Shown here: positions 56,137 to 64,000 of the stretch, piece by piece
Layout: each line of letters opens with the position of its first letter
Position numbering within the stretch: position 1 is the first letter of the stretch
Origin: Chthonomonadales bacterium
GTDB lineage: Bacteria; Armatimonadota; Chthonomonadetes; Chthonomonadales; CAJBBX01
Length of the DNA: 64,000 nucleotides
Reading direction: 5' to 3'
Assembly (NCBI GenBank): GCA_037443035.1
Contig: JBBIPC010000005.1
Span: forward strand, 32,001 to 96,000
Program-made: the position numbers and the translations under genes
Notes under the pieces: model-generated
Database searches by the model: none
What the model was told of the DNA's origin: nothing
The model's input: only the letters and a program-made list of their open reading frames with translations

Positions 56137-57510
56137 CTCTCCTTGGTTCTCCATGGCGTCGCGGGCCATTCTCACTAGGTCCCGGGCTTCCGGCTCAGTC
56201 GGTGCTTCGGCAATGACGCGGATGATAGGCTCCGTGTTGGACGCCCGGGCCTGCAGCCACCGGTCGGGCCAGATCGCTTTGACGCCGTCGGTGAAGTCGA
56301 GCGTCGCGCCAACACAGGCAGCCTGAAGGCGACGCAGTGCAACGGGTACATCACGCGGACGCGCTGGCATCCGTTCCTTCAACATGGCGTACGCTGGAAT
56401 CGCAGAACGCAGGTCACGGATCGTCGCGCGCTCCGTGGCCATGGCCTCCAGGATGTACCCCATGGCTACGAAACTGTCGCGGCACGGATTGATGTGGGGT
56501 GCTATGACGCCGCCGTTACCTTCACCACCGATACGCGCTCCTACCTCCAGCATCTTCTCTACGACATTGATCTCTCCAACCTTCGTGCGGTACAGCGTAC
56601 AGCCTGTTTCTGAACAGACGTCGTCTATCATGCGGCTCGTGGAAACGTTGACCACAACCGGTCCAGGACTCCGCCGTGTCGCGTGCCGCACCGCCAGTGC
56701 CACGGTCACCTCCTCACCGAGCGGGATGCCGTTCTGGTCGGCGATGGCCAAGCGATCGGCGTCGGCATCCTGTACAAAGCCAACATCGGCTCCCGATTCC
56801 CGAACGGCCATGCCGAGATCCGTCATGTTCTCCGGTACGGGCTCTGGACTGTGGGGGAACGGCCTATCGGGGTCCGTGTGGATGGCCACAACCTTGCAGC
56901 CCAGACCTTCCAGGAAGGTTGGCGTTGCCCTGGACGCCGCTCCGTTGCAGCAGTCCACCGCAACGCGAATGCCGGCGCGACGAATGCTCTCCACATCCAG
57001 AGCCTGCCGGACGGCTTCCAGGTGACGCGGAATGGCCGAGCTATCGTGACGCACTTGCGGAACGGCCGCACCGCCGACGCGGGGATAGATACCCTGATGG
57101 TAGAGATCCGTGAGCTCGGCGGCTTCGTGAGGGCGGAGAAGGATGCCGTCCGGACCGAAGAACTTCAGAGCATTCCACTCGATAGGATTGTGACTGGCCG
57201 TGAGACAAATGCCGCCGAACGCCCCCATGCGCCGTACATGTAGCTGCAACGCCGGCACGGGTAGGATGCCGACGTCCACCGGCGTACATCCCACGCTCTG
57301 AAGCCCGGCTATGACCGCGTACTCCACCATCTCCCGGGATGGTCGGGTGTCCGTTCCCACAAGGATCGGCCCAGCGCCCGCATAGGCACCGAAAGCTGCG
57401 GCAAATGACGTCACGAGCTGTGGCGTCAGCGCATCGCCCACGATGCCCCGCACACCAGAGATGCTGATCTTGAGTGCGAGCTGCTTGCGACGCAACAGGT
57501 TCGCAGCCAT
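56128..57510 (-). CDS. Phosphohexomutase (GlmM/PMM-like), canonical motifs
   Basis: SISGVRG, TASHNP, DADADR, GEGNGG, RASNTEP. Confidence 0.92.
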   Translation of the reverse strand: MAANLLRRKQLALKISISGVRGIVGDALTPQLVTSFAAAFGAYAGAGPILVGTDTRPSREMVEYAVIAGLQSVGCTPVDVGILPVPALQLHVRRMGAFGGICLTASHNPIEWNALKFFGPDGILLRPHEAAELTDLYHQGIYPRVGGAAVPQVRHDSSAIPRHLEAVRQALDVESIRRAGIRVAVDCCNGAASRATPTFLEGLGCKVVAIHTDPDRPFPHSPEPVPENMTDLGMAVRESGADVGFVQDADADRLAIADQNGIPLGEEVTVALAVRHATRRSPGPVVVNVSTSRMIDDVCSETGCTLYRTKVGEINVVEKMLEVGARIGGEGNGGVIAPHINPCRDSFVAMGYILEAMATERATIRDLRSAIPAYAMLKERMPARPRDVPVALRRLQAACVGATLDFTDGVKAIWPDRWLQARASNTEPIIRVIAEAPTEPEARDLVRMARDAMENQGESV

Positions 57511-57511
57511 C

Positions 57512-58888
57512 TCAGCGACCTCCGTGCCCCCAGGCAGCCCGCCGGGCGATCGTCACACACTCGTCGAAGAGCCGGTCGGCATCATCCGCGCTGGATGCTT
57601 CCAATATGATCCGCACCAGAGGCTCGGTGTTGGACGCGCGAACGTGCAACCATGCCTCGGGCCAATCGAATCGAACACCATCTGTAAGGTCGGGCCGGTC
57701 CTCGCGGAATCGTTCGCAGAAGCTGTCGAGGATTCGACGGACGCTAGTGGGCGGGCAGGGCAGCTCGGCCTTGCGCATATGGTACGCGGGCAGGTCCGCG
57801 GCCAGATCCGCAAGCGACCGTCCGCTCACCGATATGGCCTCCAGCACCGTGGCCAGAGAGAGCAGCGCATCGAATGTAGTCGTGTGCGGTAACGCAGCGA
57901 CGCCTCCGTTTCCTTCTCCAGCCAGAGCGGCCGACTCCGTCAGAGCACGGTCCATGACATGGCCTTCGCCAACGCTCGTGCGAATGCATTCGCGGCCGTA
58001 TTGTCGAGCAACGGCCTCCACCATGCGTGAGGTGGATAAGTTCGTGACGACCGGCCCCTCGCGCCGGGCCAGCACGTGCCGCGCCACAATCGGCAGGACA
58101 CACTCTTCGGAAAGAGCCTCGCCGGCGTGTGTAACGAGACCCAACCGGTCTCCATCCACGTTGATGGCGGCCCCAAGGTCGGCCTGCACGCTCCGAAGCA
58201 GGGCCGCGAGTTGCCGCATGTTCGCTGGTGAGGGAGCGGGCAAGTGGGCAAAGGAACCGTCCGCATCGTCGTTCAGTGGTATCACTTGGCAGCCAAGGGC
58301 GTCGAGGAATCGCTTGCCAAGTTCCGTCGCCGCCCCGTTGCAGAAGTCCACGGCGATACGAAGTCCTTTGCTGCGGATGGTAGCCGCGTCCACTGCGTCC
58401 AGTATGGATGCAACATACGCGTTCGAGGCCTCGGCGGTGACATGGCGCTTGCCCAGGGCCTGCCATGGCGCCAGCGTAAACGCTGAGGCATGGTAGATGT
58501 CCAGCAGCTCCTCGGTGTTGGCAGCGTTGAGAAGCGCCCCATCCGGTCCTACGAACTTCAGGGCGTTCCAGCGTACGTCGTTATGGCTGCCTGTAATGGA
58601 GATGCCACCTGCGGCGCTCCGTGAGCGCACTGCGTGGCTTACGGCCGGAGTCGTGCACACACCCAGGTCCAGGACATCCGTACCGGTGCTGATGAGCGCC
58701 GAAAGAACCGCGGCATGGAGCATGCTCGAGCTGAGACGCGTGTCTCGCCCGATCACGACCTCACCGCCGCCGCAATACGTGCCGAAAGCGCTGGCGAAGT
58801 CCACCACCAGCTCGGGGGTCATCGCCTCGCCCACGACGCCTCGAACGCCCGAGACGCCGATCTTGAGTTGACGAAGTGCGAGATCCAT
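57512..58888 (-). CDS. Phosphohexomutase paralog with variant metal loop
   Basis: GVSGVRG, TGSHND, NVDGDR, GEGNGG, RASNTEP. Confidence 0.9.
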   Translation of the reverse strand: MDLALRQLKIGVSGVRGVVGEAMTPELVVDFASAFGTYCGGGEVVIGRDTRLSSSMLHAAVLSALISTGTDVLDLGVCTTPAVSHAVRSRSAAGGISITGSHNDVRWNALKFVGPDGALLNAANTEELLDIYHASAFTLAPWQALGKRHVTAEASNAYVASILDAVDAATIRSKGLRIAVDFCNGAATELGKRFLDALGCQVIPLNDDADGSFAHLPAPSPANMRQLAALLRSVQADLGAAINVDGDRLGLVTHAGEALSEECVLPIVARHVLARREGPVVTNLSTSRMVEAVARQYGRECIRTSVGEGHVMDRALTESAALAGEGNGGVAALPHTTTFDALLSLATVLEAISVSGRSLADLAADLPAYHMRKAELPCPPTSVRRILDSFCERFREDRPDLTDGVRFDWPEAWLHVRASNTEPLVRIILEASSADDADRLFDECVTIARRAAWGHGGR

Positions 58889-59036
58889 GGGTCTTCTCCG
58901 TTAGGGCCATTCTACCGCACGTACCTCGGAGTGTATGGAGCGCGTGCACTGAGAGCGGATGCCGCAACCCGAACGATGTCGGGTACGTAGTGTGAATGTG
59001 CGGCGGACACGCAGGTCCACCGCCGAGGAGGATCAC

Positions 59037-59735
59037 ATGAAATTCGTCAGTCTCCTTGTATTGGCAGGCCTTGCCGCATCGCCTATTCTCGCCCAGACAA
59101 CCGACCTCGCTCGGCCGCTCTCGGGCACAGAGCATCCGCACTCCATGAAACTGAAGCAACTCGACTCGACGTGGCTTCGCCTCGTGATCAAGGGTTCTAC
59201 CGCGGACAGCGGTTCCTCCGACTTGCTGGGGAACTTGGCCCGCATCGGCCTCATGTCCCAGGGATCCACGAAGGGTCAGGAAGCGCTCGGTCTTCTCGGT
59301 CTGCTGGGCGGTCTTGGCGGCGAGAAACCCGCGGTTTACTTCACCAAGGGTGCGACGACAACCATCGGGACGGAGACATTCCTCATCGCCTATACCGTCG
59401 AAAGGAAAGGGCCCGACCTTCTACAGATGATTGCCGAAGCCGAGAAGACCGGCAAAGCGCCGCAGCTCAGCGACATTCTTGCATCAGGCAAGTGGTCGGA
59501 AGACACCGAAGCCAGCTTGGCTCTTGTCAATGTGCGGGCCATCGCTCAGATCACGGGCGTCCGTCCCTTCGAGCTGGCCCGTGAGATCGCCGAGAGCGAG
59601 AAGGGCACGCTGAGCCTCATGGAGATGATGATGCTTGGTGCAGTGTCCGAGTCGAAGGAGCCACCACCCGCTGTGGCACCGGCTCCAGCCGCCCCTACCA
59701 AGCCCGTGAAGAAGCCGGCCACGAAACCGAAGTAG
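59037..59735 (+). CDS. Exported hypothetical protein
   Basis: GAGGAGG RBS, signal peptide, Pro/Ala/Lys tail; no family recognised. Confidence 0.7.
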   Translation: MKFVSLLVLAGLAASPILAQTTDLARPLSGTEHPHSMKLKQLDSTWLRLVIKGSTADSGSSDLLGNLARIGLMSQGSTKGQEALGLLGLLGGLGGEKPAVYFTKGATTTIGTETFLIAYTVERKGPDLLQMIAEAEKTGKAPQLSDILASGKWSEDTEASLALVNVRAIAQITGVRPFELAREIAESEKGTLSLMEMMMLGAVSESKEPPPAVAPAPAAPTKPVKKPATKPK

Positions 59736-59842
59736 GGAGATGCACTGACGTCTGCAGCATGAGTTTGGACAGCGGGAGCTTTCCTCCAGCGCCGTGCGTA
59801 TCGGAACGCATGAGACCATGTCCCAGTGGAGGTAGCTCCCGC

Positions 59843-60436
59843 ATGAACAACTCGCACTGTCTCCTGCCACTAGCCCTATGGGCGGCGGCGATGACATTTC
59901 TTCCTGCAACAGCCTTCTCGTCCGACGGATCGAAGACACCAGCCTCGGTGCATGACTTCACTGTCAAGGATATGCGCGGGAAGGACGTCAAACTGAGCCG
60001 TTTCAAGGGGAAGGTCCTGCTCATTGTGAACGTCGCCTCACGCTGCGGCCTGACCCCGCAATACGCTGGGTTGCAGGCGCTTTACGAAAAGTACCGCAAG
60101 TCCGGCTTCGTTATCCTCGCGTTCCCTGCCAATGACTTCAACAATCAGGAGCCTGGGAGCAATGCCGAGATCGAGCAGTTCTGCAAGACGAAGTATGGTG
60201 TGACCTTTCCGGTATTCGCCAAGATCTCCGTGAAGGGAGAGGCCATGCACCCGCTCTACCGGTACCTCACTTCCAAAGAGACGAACCCGGAGCATAGTGG
60301 AGAGATCGAGTGGAACTTCGCGAAGTTCGTCATCGGCCGGGATGGACGCATCGCGGCTCGGTTCGCGCCGCAGGTGCGGCCTGAGGATCCTGCGGTTGCC
60401 AGGGCCATCGAAGGGCTTCTCGAACAGAAACGCTAA
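59843..60436 (+). CDS. Glutathione peroxidase family protein (Cys type), exported
   Basis: GKVLLIVNVASRCGLT, FPANDF, QEPG, WNFAKF. Confidence 0.94.
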   Translation: MNNSHCLLPLALWAAAMTFLPATAFSSDGSKTPASVHDFTVKDMRGKDVKLSRFKGKVLLIVNVASRCGLTPQYAGLQALYEKYRKSGFVILAFPANDFNNQEPGSNAEIEQFCKTKYGVTFPVFAKISVKGEAMHPLYRYLTSKETNPEHSGEIEWNFAKFVIGRDGRIAARFAPQVRPEDPAVARAIEGLLEQKR

Positions 60437-60439
60437 ACG

Positions 60440-61087
60440 CTACACTCGCTCCAACCGTCCCGCGCACCAGCGGATGGCACGACCAACAACCTCGCGGTAG
60501 GACGGATGCTCCCACGCACGGCGATCATGACCACACTGCAGACAGAAGATGGGCGTCTCTCCAACCTGTCGGATCCAAGCGAGGGGCCGCATGCTTAGAG
60601 GATGGCTCGTGGTCAGCAGGACCGTGCTTTCGGCATCGGGTTCGGCCATGATGTATGTCTCCTCCGGCATGCTCCACGATTGAACTTCCCTAACGATAGG
60701 GTGTTCTGGTAGGGCGACGTCCACCTGCAACGTCTGTTCCGGGTGATAGCTGAAGGACCTGTCCTGTATGCCGACGATCCTGGACCATGTCTCGAGCTGA
60801 GGCCATGCCAGGAGGGCGTGGTGGAGGACGAACACGCCACGACTGCGCTGGATCAGTTCCTCGATGGCGTCGCGGAACGCACCATCGGGCTGATCCATGT
60901 GCATATTGTAGAAAAGTGTTACGTCGTAGGACCGCCGAGCGCGACCCCAGTCGTGGACCCAGTTCTCGAAGTCCTGCGGATAGGAATCTATGTCGTCGTG
61001 CCCTCGGAAGAGAGCATGGAACCCGGGCACGTCGAAGGGGTGTGCGCCTGTTACCACAGCGAGGCGGATGGGCGATCTATCTGGCAC
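60440..61087 (-). CDS. ThuA-domain (class I glutamine amidotransferase-like) protein
   Basis: VVTGAHPFD, GVFVLHH, HPIV, EETY, GHD...W. Confidence 0.8.
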   Translation of the reverse strand: MPDRSPIRLAVVTGAHPFDVPGFHALFRGHDDIDSYPQDFENWVHDWGRARRSYDVTLFYNMHMDQPDGAFRDAIEELIQRSRGVFVLHHALLAWPQLETWSRIVGIQDRSFSYHPEQTLQVDVALPEHPIVREVQSWSMPEETYIMAEPDAESTVLLTTSHPLSMRPLAWIRQVGETPIFCLQCGHDRRAWEHPSYREVVGRAIRWCAGRLERV

Positions 61088-61263
61088 GGCGGAGACCTCC
61101 TTCCCGGACCACGCATAAGGGGCGCGGCTTCGAGTGGCCAACAACGTTGGGTACGACCGCTATTATAGCGGCGTGGGCCCGTCGCAGCATATGACCGAGA
61201 GCACGCGCGTTCCGGTTGGTCACGGCTGCGACGGGCAGCTTGGGAGGTGCCGAAAGCTGGACG

Positions 61264-61947
61264 TTACTGCTCGTCGGTCGGTTCGGGGCGCCGCATCCGT
61301 TCCTGCTCCGCTTCTTGGAGCGACCGATCTTCGTCGCTGAACTCCAACTTCTCCCGCACGTGTTGGCGAACTTCGTCCAGCCGGCGCGCCAGCGATCCGA
61401 AGGCATGGCGGACGCCAGGTGCGCTTCGGTCGAAGGCAAGGCTTGCGCCATACGAGACGCCCAGGCCGGTTGCGTCCTGGATGGCATCGAGATCCGCACT
61501 CAGAAAGACGAACTGCCAGCCGCGCTGCTTTCGTTCCTCCATCATCCGCACGATATCGGACCGCCGATACTCGCGACTGGCGTTCTCAAGCCCGTCAGTG
61601 ATGACGACGAAGAGGACGTGCTCAGGGCGCGAGTCTTCTTCGGAAGCTTCCAGCACGCGGTCCAGGTCCGTCATGCCCCGGCCGAGCGCGTCCAGCAGCG
61701 GAGTGGCGGCTCGCGGAATGTAATCCTGGCTTGTCAGCTTCGGTGCTCTGTTGACGTCTTCGCAGGCGCACAGGACCTCGAAGGGGTCCTGAGAGTCGAA
61801 CTGTACGAGGGTGATGGTCGCCCGCCCGGGCTTGTTGCGCTGTTCATCGAGGAACGCATTGAACCCGCCGATGACGTCGTCTTTGATGCTCTGCATGGAA
61901 CCCGTGCGATCCAGGATGACCATGACATGCGTGTAGTTCGCTTCCAT
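61264..61947 (-). CDS. Standalone vWA-domain protein
   Basis: MIDAS ILDRTGSM, TPLLDA, ITDGLENASRE, WQFVFL. Confidence 0.88.
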   Translation of the reverse strand: MEANYTHVMVILDRTGSMQSIKDDVIGGFNAFLDEQRNKPGRATITLVQFDSQDPFEVLCACEDVNRAPKLTSQDYIPRAATPLLDALGRGMTDLDRVLEASEEDSRPEHVLFVVITDGLENASREYRRSDIVRMMEERKQRGWQFVFLSADLDAIQDATGLGVSYGASLAFDRSAPGVRHAFGSLARRLDEVRQHVREKLEFSDEDRSLQEAEQERMRRPEPTDEQ

Positions 61948-62095
61948 GTTGTTCCTCCTTGGCTTTGCGCCATGTTACGATGTGGTACAAGAAGACACTC
62001 GGTCGAACGCGTCGATTCCGGCAAGCCCACGCGGCAGGAAGTCGAGAGGCTCGGCGCCGAAGATAACGACACAAGCCGCAAGGTGGAGGAAAGGC

Positions 62096-63331
62096 ATGCC
62101 AAACAAGAGAGACGTCGCTATCATTCGCGGGCTCGCTGACGAAGTAGCTCGGATCGCTGCCATGCCCGTCCAGGAGGAGAAGCGGGCTCTCTGGCGCCGG
62201 CTCAACGGCCTCGATCCCGTCCGCCCCATGGTGATGATCGACCAGGTTTGCTGGAACGAGATGAACATCGGCGATGAGCTCGTTCTCCAGTGCGAAGACC
62301 CGGAATGCCGCAACTACGAGGTCCTCCTACGCCGCACCCTCTTCCAATGGCGACACTTCCCCGTTGACATGGTGGTGGAGCCCTTCATTCGCGTGCCTAA
62401 GGCAATCCATGGTCTCGGTGTTGGAGTGGCCGTCCAGGAGGAGATCGCCGTCCTGGATGCCACCAACTCCGTGGTCGGGCACCGCTTCATCAACCAATTC
62501 GAGACGGAGGAGGATCTCCAGAAGATCCGAATGCCTGTCATCTCCCACGACCGTGCCGAGACGGAACGGCGTATGTCGGTCGCCCACCAGCTTTTCGATG
62601 GTCTCCTCGACGTGCGAGCCGACGGAGCAGACCTGAATCTATCCCTCTGGGATCCGATCAGCTCGTGGATGGGGGTGGAGGCGGCGCTCTATGCACTGGC
62701 CGACAAACCAGACTACATGCACCGTCTGGTGGGAAGGCTCACCGACGCCTATATCTCGATGCTCGACCAGCTCGAGGAACAAGGTCTCCTGTGTGGCGTT
62801 CAGAGCCTCATTCACTGTACTGGCGCATGGACCGATGATCTGCCCGCGCCGGGTTACGATCCGGATAAGCCTCGGCGTAAGGACCTCTGGGCCATGGGAT
62901 TGGCGCAGATGTTCTCCACCGTCTCTCCAGCGATGTTCGAGGAGTACGAGGTGCAGTATGTCCAGCGCCTTTTCGAGCCTTTCGGCCTGGTCTACTACGG
63001 CTGCTGCGATCCGCTGGACCAGAAGATGGCCCAGGTCCGCAAGATTCCCCATGTCCGCAAAGTCTCGATGAGCCCCTGGGTCGATCAGGAGAGGGGTGCC
63101 AGGGAGATCCGCGGCGACTTCGTCTTCTCACGCAAGCCCAATCCAGCCTTTCTCGCATGGGACAAGTTCGACGTCGCAGCGGTGAAGGCCGATCTGGAAC
63201 AGACCCGGGACATCTGCTGCCAGTATGGTTGCCCCATGGAGCTCATCCTCAAAGACATCAGCACAGTGCGCTACGAGCCACAACGGCTTACCCAGTGGGC
63301 AGAGGTCGCCATGGAGGTCGTCGGCGCCTGA
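62096..63331 (+). CDS. Hypothetical protein of the UroD/MetE-like TIM-barrel superfamily
   Basis: VSPAMFEEY, YYGCCDPL, KVSMSPW, SRKPNP, ILKDISTV; GGAGG RBS. Confidence 0.75.
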   Translation: MPNKRDVAIIRGLADEVARIAAMPVQEEKRALWRRLNGLDPVRPMVMIDQVCWNEMNIGDELVLQCEDPECRNYEVLLRRTLFQWRHFPVDMVVEPFIRVPKAIHGLGVGVAVQEEIAVLDATNSVVGHRFINQFETEEDLQKIRMPVISHDRAETERRMSVAHQLFDGLLDVRADGADLNLSLWDPISSWMGVEAALYALADKPDYMHRLVGRLTDAYISMLDQLEEQGLLCGVQSLIHCTGAWTDDLPAPGYDPDKPRRKDLWAMGLAQMFSTVSPAMFEEYEVQYVQRLFEPFGLVYYGCCDPLDQKMAQVRKIPHVRKVSMSPWVDQERGAREIRGDFVFSRKPNPAFLAWDKFDVAAVKADLEQTRDICCQYGCPMELILKDISTVRYEPQRLTQWAEVAMEVVGA

Positions 63332-63376
63332 GCCCGGCCCGAAAGCCGAACTGCACCGGAGAGTCGAACTGTGGGT

Positions 63377-63907
63377 CTACAAGTGGCGCAGAATGACGCC
63401 GAGACTTTCGGGGTCTAGTTCGTTGATGTTCGGGAACTCGTAGCGATTGCCTTCGATGTCGGTGACGAAGACGCGCACAGCAGATACCTCCTGCAGGTTG
63501 TCGCGCAGGTTCCGCACGACAATGTCGCGAGGACCACGTGTCGTCTCCAAACTCCAGTACACAGTGCCGAACTCCACCTTCACCTTGCGAACCTTGGTGA
63601 CGACAGGCACGAAATAGCGCAGCTCCAGCTCCTCGGCGAGGATCTGTTTCGACTCTTCATCCAGCCCCGAGGGGTCCTTGATCATGCCGATGTCCTTGCC
63701 GGCTGCATCCAGAAAGCCTATGTAGTGCTCCGGGTCCGATATGGGGAACGCCCTGGCCGGTTGCGCCCTCGTCCAGGAGCGATCGCCCTCGACGGTGAGC
63801 CGAACCATACCGCCATGACGCCGCAACCGCACCTTAGAGGGATCCAGCCAACGAATCTGGTGGTAGTCGCTCGAGTCCGTCCAGCCATCGTCATGTTCTT
63901 CGGTCAT
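63377..63907 (-). CDS. DUF1854 domain protein
   Basis: RAFPISDP..YI, ELELRYFVP, W..ET.RG, DIEGNRY. Confidence 0.8.
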   Translation of the reverse strand: MTEEHDDGWTDSSDYHQIRWLDPSKVRLRRHGGMVRLTVEGDRSWTRAQPARAFPISDPEHYIGFLDAAGKDIGMIKDPSGLDEESKQILAEELELRYFVPVVTKVRKVKVEFGTVYWSLETTRGPRDIVVRNLRDNLQEVSAVRVFVTDIEGNRYEFPNINELDPESLGVILRHL

Positions 63908-64000
63908 TCCCAATTCCTCAGATCGCCCTTGTACTCGTCTGAGAGTCACTGTACCCGCGACTGGCCCCGGCATGACTTCAGTATTCCCACTCCAACCACG

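Noticed and set aside
59843..60436. Selenoprotein glutathione peroxidase
   Set aside because: The active-site codon is TGC (Cys) and there is no in-frame TGA.
63908..64000. 3' end of an upstream minus-strand gene
   Set aside because: Too short to determine frame or product.

Overview
GC-rich (about 60-65% by eye), gene-dense chromosomal segment of a diderm bacterium. The protein style suggests Armatimonadota, but that is an impression and not a marker-gene call. I see about 60 CDSs, no rRNA, no intact tRNA, no CRISPR array and no transposase or integrase. Ordinary content: a TetR-TolC-MFP-RND efflux operon, dsbD, DAGK-cdsA-maf, several thiol-redox proteins, a GH29 fucosidase, an S8 protease with Ig-like repeats, a sulfatase/oxidoreductase/SGNH operon, accD-accA, pheA, pepC and a NifX/DUF5320/MinD-ferredoxin cluster. 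Two loci stand out. (1) 48.6-54.7 kb is a co-oriented respiratory cluster behind a Rex-like operator. It encodes a monoheme cytochrome, a Cyc2-like cytochrome-porin fusion, an ImcH-like heptaheme NapC/NirT protein, a low-potential Tat Rieske protein, a cytochrome b with an unusual PHWY Qo motif, and a membrane-anchored pentaheme cytochrome. Together these form a candidate complete outer-membrane-to-quinone electron conduit. (2) 10.7-18.6 kb is a divergent three-polymerase cassette: imuB-dnaE2 (no imuA) back-to-back with thioesterase-polB, around a perfect 14-bp inverted repeat whose two arms each carry a TATAAT. All family calls come from motif recognition by eye, not database searches. Start codons were often re-picked from RBS evidence.
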